From: Felis catus | Taxonomy: Eukaryota | Length of the DNA: 64,000 bases | Direction: 5' to 3' | NCBI RefSeq assembly: GCF_018350175.1 | Contig: NC_058368.1 | Location: forward strand, 188,978,001-189,042,000 | Part shown: in pieces, positions 48,577 through 60,162 of the stretch | Numbering within the stretch: position 1 is the first letter of the stretch | Layout of the letters: each line of letters begins with the position of its first letter | Program-made: the position numbers and the translations under genes | Notes under the pieces: generated by a model | What the model was told of the DNA's origin: nothing | Database searches by the model: none | The model's input: only the letters and a program-made list of their open reading frames with translations

Positions 48577-51500
48577 TGGATTTTGTAATCTTGTCATTAG
48601 TATTCGTGCATAAAATCTAATTGCATTATTTTAAATGTTCTTTGCATATAGCATTTCATGCTGCATGAACACTTGGACACTGTAAATAATAGTTTTGTAT
48701 TATCAGAGCTGTTCTGTCTTGACCAGGACCTCAGTTGAAGCCCAAAGAAGGGCTCTGCTTAGATTGGTTCTGCATAGAAAGTTACTGATTTCCTCTGGGG
48801 GAGTTTGAGATTGTGAGACCGGGAAAGCCAGCCCCCACAGCCATTTATAAACAGTTCCAACACAAGGCCAGATGTAGGGGTTTGATTTTTTTTTTTAACT
48901 ATTCAATTAACTTTTACTCTTTGAAAAGTAATGACTTTGATGCCCCTGAAATGCCGACCAGTTCATCAGTCTTTTGGGGCTGGATGACATATTTCTTTCA
49001 GAAAGTTTGTTTTTAAGGGCTTTTGGTTTTGTGACACAAAACAGTTAATTCCTACAAATGCCATCTGGATGCATTGTGGGCACTAAAAATGATGATTGAG
49101 TCAATGGAGAATTTCCTATAATGTGGAATTTTTCAGATGCCTACATTGTTCCCATTCTACTGTGATGATTTAAAAACTGGGGCTTTTTCAATTTGGGATT
49201 ACAGGTTTTTCTAGACCTCTGAGCCTCCCTTATTCTGCTACTGTCCCTGCCTGGTTTCAGATGACACCCTCCGAAGCCCTTTTCAGAGAACATGGACTAG
49301 GTATTTGGAAGCGGAGTCACAGAATGCTCTCTCATCCTTGCCTTCCTGTTGCCATTTATAGCTTCGTCTGTTTTTCTTTTTTCAACCTAAGATGCTCATG
49401 CTTCTTTATTTGTGGTTAATTATGCCCAATTAAGTTTTTCTTTCTTTCTCTACTAGATTCTCAGAATTGTCCTAAGTTTTAGGGGGAAAATTGATTAGTC
49501 CCATTTCTACTGGTGCCCCCTGAGCCCTGTGCTTGAATACAATGAGGTCACTTTGTTGAAGGATTAACTTTATATTACATTCTTGCAGAGTAGACGTATG
49601 TCCCTAAGGTACGACTACCCCCACTGATGAAATAAATATACCATTCTTTATGATTCCTCCTCGTTACCCTCTCTGTTGATTTTCAGAGAGTTTATGAATA
49701 GTCACATATTTATACAACTGGCCAAAAGTATACTACTTATTTTTCTTATAGTCTGTAATAACCTATGCAAGGTTATTAAAGGGTATACAGACCCCTTTTA
49801 AGGCATAGTTTCTTATGTCATTACTTTATACAAGGAGGTCACATTCCATCTCGGCAACAATCTCTTGCTCTTAACCTTTTTCTCTGATTATAAAAGTAAT
49901 ATATGTTCATTGTGGAAAATTCAGAGAATGTACAGCACAAAGAGAAGGAAGAAAAGCACTTTAAGACCCACTTTTTGGAAATAACTACTGTTAAGCAGTT
50001 TATATATAGACATATTTTCTTTATTCTATGTATGTTCATTTTTTAAAAAGTAACCATATTGTATATATGCTCCTGTAATCTGCTTATTAACCTAGCCATA
50101 TATTATTTGTCAGTAAGTAATTTTTTTTCCCTGTAGCATTGCTTTTGAGGACTGCATCATATTCCATCCCATGGGTATGCCATGATTTTACCATCCTCCT
50201 CCCTAGCCACTTAATCTGTTTTTAGGGGGTTTTGCTTTGTTTTGTTTTAAGTAACAATCTTTATCAGATGACCCTTCTCATTCAGTAATCCTTTTTTTTA
50301 TTTTTCTCTAGTCAATGCAATGAGAGAACTCATCAGGCACATTTGAATTTAAGACAATGAGCTTTGTCTTGCATATTTTTAATGCTGTCTTTGTCTATAG
50401 CACTGGACCACACCTTGTAATGGTCTATACCTAAATTAAGGGCAGGTTAATATATTGAAACGTGTGAGTGTAGAGCAAGTCATAAAGGCATGGGAAATAA
50501 ATTAAAAGCCTTTATCTAACTATCTGAAATACGTCCCTTCACATAGTATACTTCCATAGAGTAGATGCTTATTTCCCTTGAATAATGAGTTTAATATATC
50601 TTAATTACGTTTTGTGGCAGCAGAATGACTTCTCCTCAGCTCTTTAGCTGTTAGTTCCATATGATATTTGAATTGGCTCTTTTAACTGCAGATACTAAGT
50701 GTTGGTCATTCTGCTGTGAGTTGGCTGTATGGACAGAGAAACACATCCTCCCCTCATAATGTCAGACATTCATTCATTTAACAATCACCCGTTTCTTGAC
50801 ACGGTAGGAATCAATTCATTATGCAAACAACTGCAGGAACAGGTCAACAATTCAAGTTTTATTGGTGGCTTAGCCTGAAAAACAAAAACAAGAATTAGAA
50901 TTCAGATATTAAAATGATACACTTAATTGTTTAAAGCTATTTTTACGGTTAAACATCTTGGATGGCAATTAGTAATATGGGTGGAGGATGGATGTGACAT
51001 ATATCTTAAACCTAGGTGCTCATTCCTGTCCCTCTCATGCATTTCTTGATTAAATACCATGGATTTTATGAGTAACAGCTTCCCTGCATGAGGAGTTCTA
51101 TGGCTTTTTCCTCTACATGTCTAATTTGAAAAAAGCATTCTTCTCAAGGGTTTAGAAAGTAATTCATAAAATGGGAGGAATAATAAATATTGTGCCTTAA
51201 CTCATATACTAGTATAGATAGAAAGATTTGGTACACCTGGGTATAATTTTAGTTAATTTCCACAAGAGACAGGTTGAAAGTTTACTGTTTGGAAGCTGGG
51301 GAAAGGGGGAGAAGATGGCTAAATCTCATATTTGTAAAAATGATTACATTGTCTTAAATGAAAATGCTACTCTATTAACAACTTCAATAAGCATTGCATT
51401 TGGGAAAATCTTTTCAATAAAAAGTTACCTGAAGTTCACTCCAACTTAAAATATACAAGTGAGGAAAAAGTACTTACTCTGATTTATGTGTCTTTTGGAG

Positions 51501-51577
51501 GTGTAATTATTGGCTTTTTACTCACCTATGTAAAACAATGTACTTTTGTAAATGGATTTCTGGCCACTTTACGCAGC

Positions 51578-51633
51578 TTTTTTTTTTTTTTTTTTTTTTT
51601 TGCCTTTTTTTTTTTTTTTGCCTTTTTTTTTTT
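51578..51633 (+). repeat. Compound poly(T): three T-runs separated by GCC
   Basis: Read directly. Confidence 0.9.
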
Positions 51634-53064
51634 CCCTACATAAAAAGTAAGCACTGTCAATCAAGGAATTTTAAGGTTTATTTCCTCTTTAGAAATGATT
51701 GATAGCCTTTTAGATTTACAAGTTGACAAGTTAAAGGGTTCTATTGGTATAATTATGTACTAAATTCACAGTCTTTCAATTTAAATGTCCTTTTAAAACC
51801 ACAAGATTATCATACCTGTATTTTGAAAAGTGGGCCAGTCAGTTTGGGTTGGTATACAAATTGCTTCCATTAGCCTTGGGACCTATTTGAATTTAATACA
51901 GTTTTTTAAAGTTAGTAGTAGTATGAATCTTACTTTTGAAATTTAGGTTAATGGAAATGCATTTTAAGTAAAGCATGTGGCAACTTGTTTTCTAATGTAT
52001 AGCTAAATGTCAGAACTACAAAGACTGTCTTTTTACTCGGTGTGGGAGAAAATATGTGGTTGAAAACGTTAGTTACACTAAAAAAGAAAAGAAGAAAAAC
52101 ACCCACCCTCCCACCCACCCATTACTTAGAGGATACGGGGGATGTGGGTAGAGGACTGAGCTGCCATCTTTTCCTGGTCAGGTGAGGAAGGCTGAAGATA
52201 TTTCATACCTTGAGAAGGAATTTTGAAAATTATAGACCAGAGTCTACTTCGTATCACACTTAATTTAAGGAGGCTTTGAAGAGTGTAGACAATATGAGTA
52301 CAATAAGGCCCATTGTCTCCAAATATTATTATAGGTTTGTTCTTCTTTTAGTCTTTTTAAGAATTTTTCTTGGAGACCCATATGCTCTATGCTAGTGCTC
52401 CACAGAGGCTAGTCTTTTTCCTGAAATAATACTGATGTTAGTGAATGAGTCTGTCATTTTAGATGTGAGGGTGTTGTATCGAGGACGTTTTCAACACCTA
52501 TCACCTTGCAGACTCTATCAAGTGTAGACTAGGTTTTCTATGCTGAGAAGATCTCATCTCCCTGCCCCTCACCACGTTCTTGCAGGCTTAATCACCACAG
52601 AGGCATCGACTTGTGGGGTGTGCTGAGATCTACTACAGATTTTTCAGTTAAGCAAGTACTTGTAATTCTGCTGTTTATAATGTGTGGATACCTTCAGACA
52701 AGCCCTTGAGTATTTATTTTGCCCTCAGTTTTTAGCTAGTGGATCCTAAAACTTCATATCAAATACCATTTTACTTTCTATTTTTGATTATGTAAGCAAT
52801 ATAGAATTTGGCCAGAAGAACTGAGTTCAGGAGTCATTACTAAGGTTCCTACCAATGTTCTTTTGAGTGAGTCCCTGCCTACCATGGTAAATAGCAGAAG
52901 TAGACAGTGAAAATGTTCAGCAAGGGGATTGTGCATCTGATCATCTCGTGATGTAATTCAAAAGTATAAATTAATTTCTGACTTCTAGTTGTTTCCATGC
53001 CATCAGTGTTAGTTTCTGTTTTATTTAATGAAATTGTTCTAATCCTGTGACTTCTTCCTTGCAG

Positions 53065-53153
53065 CGCTCAATGAACCCACCATCGATTATGGTTTCCAGA
53101 GGTTACAGAAGGTCATTCCTCGACACCCTGGCGACCCCGAGCGTTTGCCAAAG
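53065..53153 (+). CDS. EBF1: Internal coding exon of EBF1 (probably exon 11), TIG-HLH linker and HLH helix 1
   Basis: Acceptor CTTCTTCCTTGCAG ends at 53064; donor AAG|GTCAGG at 53154. The 89 nt join the previous exon in frame (G+CG = Ala) to give [30 protein letters not shown], the known continuation of EBF1. Confidence 0.96.
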
Positions 53154-53299
53154 GTCAGGATTCTTCTTTTTGGGGTTACAGTCTCTGTAACTTGACTTGA
53201 GCTTAGGTGATTAGCAGAAAACTTTGCTATTGATAAAATTAGCTCATAGGTGAACAACGCAACATTTTTGTCTTTTGTGTGTTTGGTACTATAAGGTAA

Positions 53300-53535
53300 A
53301 CAATAATAAAAGTAGCAAGCATTTATGTGCCAGGTAGTGTTATTCTTATTTTTACATATATTATGTCATTTCTTCCTTTCAAAAACCCTCTGAGTTGGTA
53401 CTTTTATTTTAGAGAAGAAAATAAGCAAGGAGAGGTTAAATCATTTGCCCAAGGTCACAAGCATGTAAATTGCTAAACTGAGATTCAAATCTATACAACC
53501 TGGCTCCAAAGTCCAAGTTATTAATCATTGCATCA
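53300..53535 (-). mobile_element. MIR
   Basis: ATTTATGTGCCAGG … GAGAGGTTAAATCATTTGCCCAAGGTCACA … GAGATTCAAATC … CTGGCTCCAAAGTCC. Confidence 0.8.
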
Positions 53536-55147
53536 TATCAATTCTTAAGAGGAAAGAGAACACTGGCTTTCTACCTATGCAAGGATTTATACCTACCCCT
53601 AATGCAGCTAGAACTCAAAAGAAACATATTGGTAGACTAATTGGAAATAAGGTATAAAAGTGTGAGAAATTAAACAAAAATTCAAGAGTAGTATATGTCA
53701 TGCAGCAATACACTGAGACTGCCAATACAGAAAGTAGGAAATTCACATATTGACTTCTATTCTGTACCTGTTGTCAATAGCGGGGGTATTCTCATCTCTG
53801 TACCCGAGGAACACGGGCCTTGTGTCACAGAGATCACTATACACAACTAGTCACTAGAGGAAGTAATAGATACATTTAACCAAAGTGCAACCAAAGTCCT
53901 GTGAGGACTCCGAATAGAGAACAATTAAATAAGTTCAAAATACAGAATTAGTGGAACTACCATTCACCATTTACTGACAGCAAAATAAAGTTTCATTTAT
54001 TACACAAATGGAAACTATTATAAATTCAATGAGTAGATGAGAGGTGCTCTCCTTGCTGGAATAAGGCTGGAGATATGTCACTTCTGAGTCTGTTTTGCCT
54101 CATAAAACACGAAAATGAAGTTGGCGTCCGTCTTAGCTCAACAAACTTCTTCAGGGGATTGGCTTACTGCCAGATCCTACCTGTGTGCCTGGTACCCTGT
54201 CAGAACAGACCTTGCCCAGGAGAAAAGTGCCCCCCCCCAAATTGTTGCATAAATGAGAGGAGCCAGTAGAGGAGAGGAGGGACACTACCTGACTGAAGAG
54301 AGGAAGAACTGTGACCAACAAGAATGGGAGTTCTCTACCTAGACCTGGGGGAAGAAGCACACGGCCTCAGTCTCTAGCTCTGGCTTCCGGGAACAGCCTT
54401 GCTTCCGCCCAGTGTTGTGGACCTTACTGAAAGCGTTTCACCTCAGGAGGAAACCATATGGTATGTCAGACTGTTCATATCCTTGTCTTTGAAACAGGCC
54501 TCCATCATACACATCCTTCTCTTTCACCTGACTTAGTGAACGGCAGTCTCCTTCTGTAGGATAGATGTGCCTCGGAGAGATTTACTTTCAAGGCCCTCTG
54601 TCTAGCAAGAACCTAGCTCCCATGCATTTCCTGTGGGATTATAATTGGTAATTTTATAGCACAATGATATAAATGATGTGTGTCCACCCAGTGGTCAGTG
54701 CCTGAGGTGTCTCAGTGGTAGAAAGAAGACATGGGCACAATGACAGACTTGTCTTAATTTTTCCTTTTGGGGACAGTCTTCACTTTACACGTGGCAATTG
54801 ATGTCTCTAGAGTCTGCTGAAGGACCTGGAGAGTCCGATTGGCAGAGGTGGAACTCGGAGCAAGGACATTTACTAGCTATGCAGCAGGGGTCAAAATTCT
54901 TGTCTCCCCCCCCCCCCCAAATTCTTTGCCTCTGTGCCTCAGTTTCCTTCTCTATCAAATGGAGATGGTAATATTTTCCACTTTTTCTGATAGTTATTTC
55001 AACCAGTTATTTAGTACTCAACAAAAGGTAGCTACGATTATCTGAAGGTGAGTAAGAGTGGGATTGTTGCTTCTTAGGGCTCTTCCATCCAATCTCTGCA
55101 GAGCAGGAAATCCTAATCCTGGTGGCAGTTGAATGTATGATTCATCT

Positions 55148-55295
55148 TCTGTGCCTCAGTTTCTTCATCTATAAAGTGGGGACAATAATTGCGCTGACTT
55201 CCCGGGGATCACGTAAGGACAAAAAGAAGTAATCCTGTGGCTGCACTCTAGCACAGCTATCTGGCTCACAGTTGCTTCTCTGTAAATATTTATTG
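55148..55295 (+). mobile_element. MIR core fragment
   Basis: TCTGTGCCTCAGTTTCTTCATCTATAAAGTGGGGACAATAAT. A second MIR core lies at about 54930-54975. Confidence 0.75.
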
Positions 55296-58200
55296 AAAAA
55301 CGGAAGATAAATCTGACTTAACGGTTGAGGTCTAAAGAAGCCAGGAGGTACTTTTCTTATTCATAATGAAATAAGAGAAATAGGCATATAGGGCTTATTT
55401 TTGTGTACTTTTAAAACCATTTTTACAGTTGCACATCATGTTCAGAAATGTTGAACAAATAGCACAGGCACGTGTCACTGCATCCCCGGTGGCCTGATGG
55501 TGAAGTTCCCAGCCCTCTTTTCCTGGGTTTGGGAGGAGTAATCAGGACACAATGGATTTGTGTGCTGAGGAAACACTCCGCAGCCTGCATCTAGCCACTT
55601 GACTGCTCAAGGGCTCTGGCCGGAGCCGCCTGAGGAAGTTCTCTGTGTGACTCAGACCAGAGTGGCTGTCCTCCTGGCTCTGAATGTTAAGGTGGAGGGA
55701 GAGTTCAAGAGCAGGGTCAGGAAGTGGTGGATGGAGCCAGCTCGAGGTATTCCTGTGGACTTGGGAGATTTATACTCAGGCTGTCCATTGTTAGGGGGAT
55801 AAAAACGGGCTCCGCCTTTCTTAGAATCATGGTCAGTGTTTGTCAAACAGGAGTGTTTCAGTGAGCCATGGACCACACACCTTAAAAAACAAACTGCACT
55901 TTATTAAACCCATGTGTTTGTGAATAGACAAAGCTAGATTCATACAACCACCCACATATTCTGTCAAATGAAACTGCTCCAAAGACCAAGCAGACAGCTT
56001 TCCATAATAATATGCCTTTGTATACTGGCTTGTGCTTTTTCAAAGAACTTGTACATGTTTTGTTTTATTGGAGCCCCTCTTATGAGAGAAGTCGGGAAAA
56101 TAGACATCATTCCCATTTACCAAATGAGAAAACAGGAGCAAGATGAACCCTTCTCTGTCAACTATTTTGTTCCTGAAAGTCACCATTAGTGACAGTGGCT
56201 GTACGCACACATTTAAAACAGTATAATTATCCTAAGTCCAGGTGTTATTTGGTTTCCTTTTTCAGATGCGCAGGGAGAAAGGTGGACAAAGATTTTAAAT
56301 GGAACCGTTCTGTTCTGTTTCATACAAACTTGCCTCCCTCTCTGGATCCTGGCAGGAGGGAGAAGAACACGTGATGGACTTTGGGGTGAAGGTTGACTCT
56401 TCATGTAATGTGGCGGTGAGGGGATGGGGACTGTGGTCAGTCAGAGACCGTGAGATGCAGGCATGTATGACGCAATCCAGAAGCACTGAACAAGGAGTTC
56501 TCTCTGTTTTGAAGGCCAGCGGTGTCTCCACCCTCTTTCAGTGTATTAGTTGTCTTCCTGAGTGGGCAGTGAGCATTAGCACAGAGGCGTGGAGAGTGGA
56601 CCAAACCTCACGGGCATTCTGTGTGTTGCCAGTGAGTCCCAGGGAGCACGTAGTGTCACTTCATGCCCAAGGTGTGCCGGGCACTGCTCTATCAAGGTGT
56701 TCAAAGAGCACAGAGGCCGAGAGAGTGAGCTCTCAGCTCAGACAGATATGGAGTTGGCAAACCAGATCCATGCTCTGTGCAGTGACTCAGCCTTTCCAGC
56801 CTCTGTTTTCTCTTCCTCAACGCATGGTTGCTGTTGGGCATTGGTGAGATAATTTAGGCGAGGAGGCCTCTCTGGTATCTAGCAAGACTCCAGTACGCAG
56901 AGGCCACAGGCCCTGCAAGGCAGGGACTCCACACTCCACAGGAGCCAGAGGCCCAGAGGGCTGGCGACGTGCCCGACTCCACAGCTAACAAGTGGGAAGA
57001 CTAAAATTCGAGTCCTTGGGCTTGACTGCCTCACTGTCACCATTGCATCATATTCCCACTTTTCCTTCGGATCTGGAAACCCAAATAATTCTGTCTTGAG
57101 GTGATTAGCTCCGGTCTCCTATTCCTCGCCTACACCTCTCCCCCATCCTACTTAAACTCTTGCCAGCTTTCTCGCATCATCCCACTGAAGGGGGTTGGCA
57201 TGGGGACCTCCGTGGGGCAAAAGTGTCTCTACCAGAGCCAGTCCTTCTTTTAGAGAAAATAAAGCAGTTTGAGAAAAGTAACAAAGGCAGCATTTGTGTA
57301 TTTTGCTTTATGGAGCTGAAAATATCTGGTAAATTGATCCAGTGGGAGTAATAAATACACATTACTTTATCTTGTTCTTCATGTCCTATACCCCTGAGCC
57401 TTGATAGAACAACACCACTTAATAGACTTAAAAAAGAGTAATTACACTCATTGGTTGTGTGATTTTTCAGCCCTCCCAGCCCTGCCTGACCTTCTAATTT
57501 AGCTCACCGTGTCTAACTAATGCATTTATATTCATCTTTTATGAAGCATGTATAGTACAGAATTGACTTTAGAGCTTTTTTCAAGCTGTCCTCCCAGGTC
57601 TCCAATCTGGTTAGTAGTAAGGAGAGTGGGAACCATCCATCTCTATACTGTTCACATGTATAGATAACACATACACAGGGCTCATGGCATTTTTTTATTT
57701 TTTTATGAAACATAATAAAAAGTATTTATTACATTTTTACTTTAAAGCTTTTATACATTCTAGCATTATTTACAGCTAAACATGCAGGCAAAAGATGCGA
57801 GTGTTTTTAAAATGATTACTGTTAATGTTTCTGCTTGTCAGAAGTGCTTAAATTTTCCTGCACTTTGTCTAAAAACTTAGTACTGTTGCCTTTTAAGAAC
57901 AACACATTTAAAAGATCTTGCAAGTCAGATTTGCAAACACTGCTGACAGTTTGTGATGAATGATATTGCAAAATTTGCAAGATGTTTGTCATTTTGCACA
58001 GCTGACATATTAAGGAGCAGATTAAGAAATGCAAAACCCCTATGGAAAACAACTATCCCAAACAAAAACCAAAACAAACCTCAAGCAAACCTTGAACCCA
58101 GAGAACACACACACCAGAATCTCTCACCCGGGTTTTCTCTCCCAACTTCCCACTCAGCCAGTGGAACCCAATTGTTCTCAGTGCATTTTCTCTCACCATA

Positions 58201-59940
58201 TGGTCTCCTCATTACCATACACTAAGAGTCCATATGGGAAACTTGTGAAATGAACTGTATTCATTTTAACTGCCAGATGAGCAGCCTTTTGCTTTGCAAG
58301 CTTAGCTTAAGTCATCTGCTGTCTTCATGTTGTTATGGCAACACGGCACCAATAAAAAATTCTAATCTACTGTAAGTGATCACAGTATTTTAAGTGCTTG
58401 CCTATAACTGCCCTCAAAGGGGAGGAGGGAAGAAGGGTTATACGCTTCCAAAGAGCAAAGGGTTGTTCTTCATTCCAGCAGGTGTCACCAAAGAAGCTGG
58501 TGAGATGGGTAGAGGTGCCACCGTGCCCATGTAGGGTAGTAGACGTGGATCGTAAGGGATGTGGATTGCAGAGGGATGGATGGTAGTGAGGACGGACTGT
58601 AGACCCTTTGGGAGGGTGGAGACAAGAAGAAACACTGAAAGTCAAAAACCACAGTTCTTCCAGCAGACATGTTACTCTGCTGGTGCTGTGCAGCCTGCCA
58701 CAAATAAAACTCTAGATTCTAAACTACACAGGCAACAGATCCTTTCGGTAGCTTCTCCTTCACTGGCATGCGGAAAAATCTCAGCCTCCACGAGTCTGCT
58801 CTTCCTGTACATGGGAATTAGTCATTTCCAACACTGTGCTAATTAAGAGCACCTTAAAGTAATGGAAGTAGGCAGCAACATCCTTAAATATAAATCATTT
58901 TCACCTCCGTGGGCCACATGATATGTTGCATCTCTGTCGCTCTATCTGTATTGAAAGTGAATGTTTATAGTCTCAGTTCATCAGTTCACATTAGCCTCAT
59001 GCTGAATATTTAAACACAGAACAATTTGAACACACCATGAAGGAAGACAGTGACTGCACTTTCATTTGGAACAGCAAGGGCTCATCTAATAATAATTTAG
59101 TAAATCAGCCATTTAGTGGCTCGGTTGTGCACTGCATTGTGCCAAGTATTATTCAGTTCAACTGTACACTTGCAGAATTGAAATTCAGACTCTCGTCACA
59201 GGCACTGTTTTTGCTCAATGGAGAGACAAGACCCAAAATCACCCTCCCTAAAGAGCGTTAGTGTTTAGTGATTTATCATAAATACAGAGCTGGGGCAAAA
59301 TAAAACCAGAGTCGACTGTATACAATGTATTCTAATTATGCTGTTATTGTTTTAGTCTTTATGCAAAGACTATCAGTGATTCAAAACCTGCAGTTGCATC
59401 AGTGAAAATACAAATAAGAAATCTTTGCATAGCCACATTGCCTGTTAGCAGAAAAGGGGGATGAGTAAGGGTTTCAGAAAACGATAAAGAAAAACCTTCC
59501 ATTTTTGTCTTCCATACCGTGACGCTAGCCACTCTCTCAACTTATTCATTCGTTTGTTTTTGTAATTTGAGGAAACTCTATTAACATTATATCCAGGAAC
59601 CCAAATGACTCAACTCAAACAAAAATACAGAAACAAAAAGCAAATCATATGGTATGTTGAACTCTTAGAAAAAGCACAGCTGAGTTTGAATACAAGAAGC
59701 ATTTTGTCTCTGCATTCTCTTGTTAAACACACAAACTATGGAATGCATACCTTTTCTTCCTCTCTCCCCTTTATCTGCCAGAAACCTTGCGGGCAAATCC
59801 CACAACCTGTTTTGATAATGTGCTCAATTTAGAGGCTTGGTGTTCCCTCTACTTTTGCTTCTTTTAGTAGGGGAGTTTAGCTTGATCTATGCACACCTGA
59901 AATTGAATATAGAATCATGTATGTGGTTATGAGTATGCAA

Positions 59941-60162
59941 TTTTTTAAATGTTTATTTATTTTGAGAGAGAGAGAGAGGGAGGAAGAGGGAGGGAGAGAG
60001 AGCAGGGGCAGGGGCAGAGAGAGAGGGAGAGAGAATACCAAGAAGGATCCACACCGTCAGTGCAGAGCCCGGCTCAGGCCTTGATCTCATGAACCATGAG
60101 ATCATGACCTGAGCTGAAATCAAGGGTCTGACACTTAACTGACTGAACCACCCAGGTACCCC
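59941..60162 (-). mobile_element. Can-SINE
   Basis: CATGAGATCATGACCTGAGCTGAAATCAAG … GAACCACCCAGGTACCCC. Degenerate TSD starting ATGAGTAT at 59929 and 60164. Confidence 0.94.

Noticed and set aside
56299..56847. 182-aa ORF
   Set aside because: It lies in a locally more GC-rich stretch where stops are rarer, and shows no domain or EBF1 similarity.
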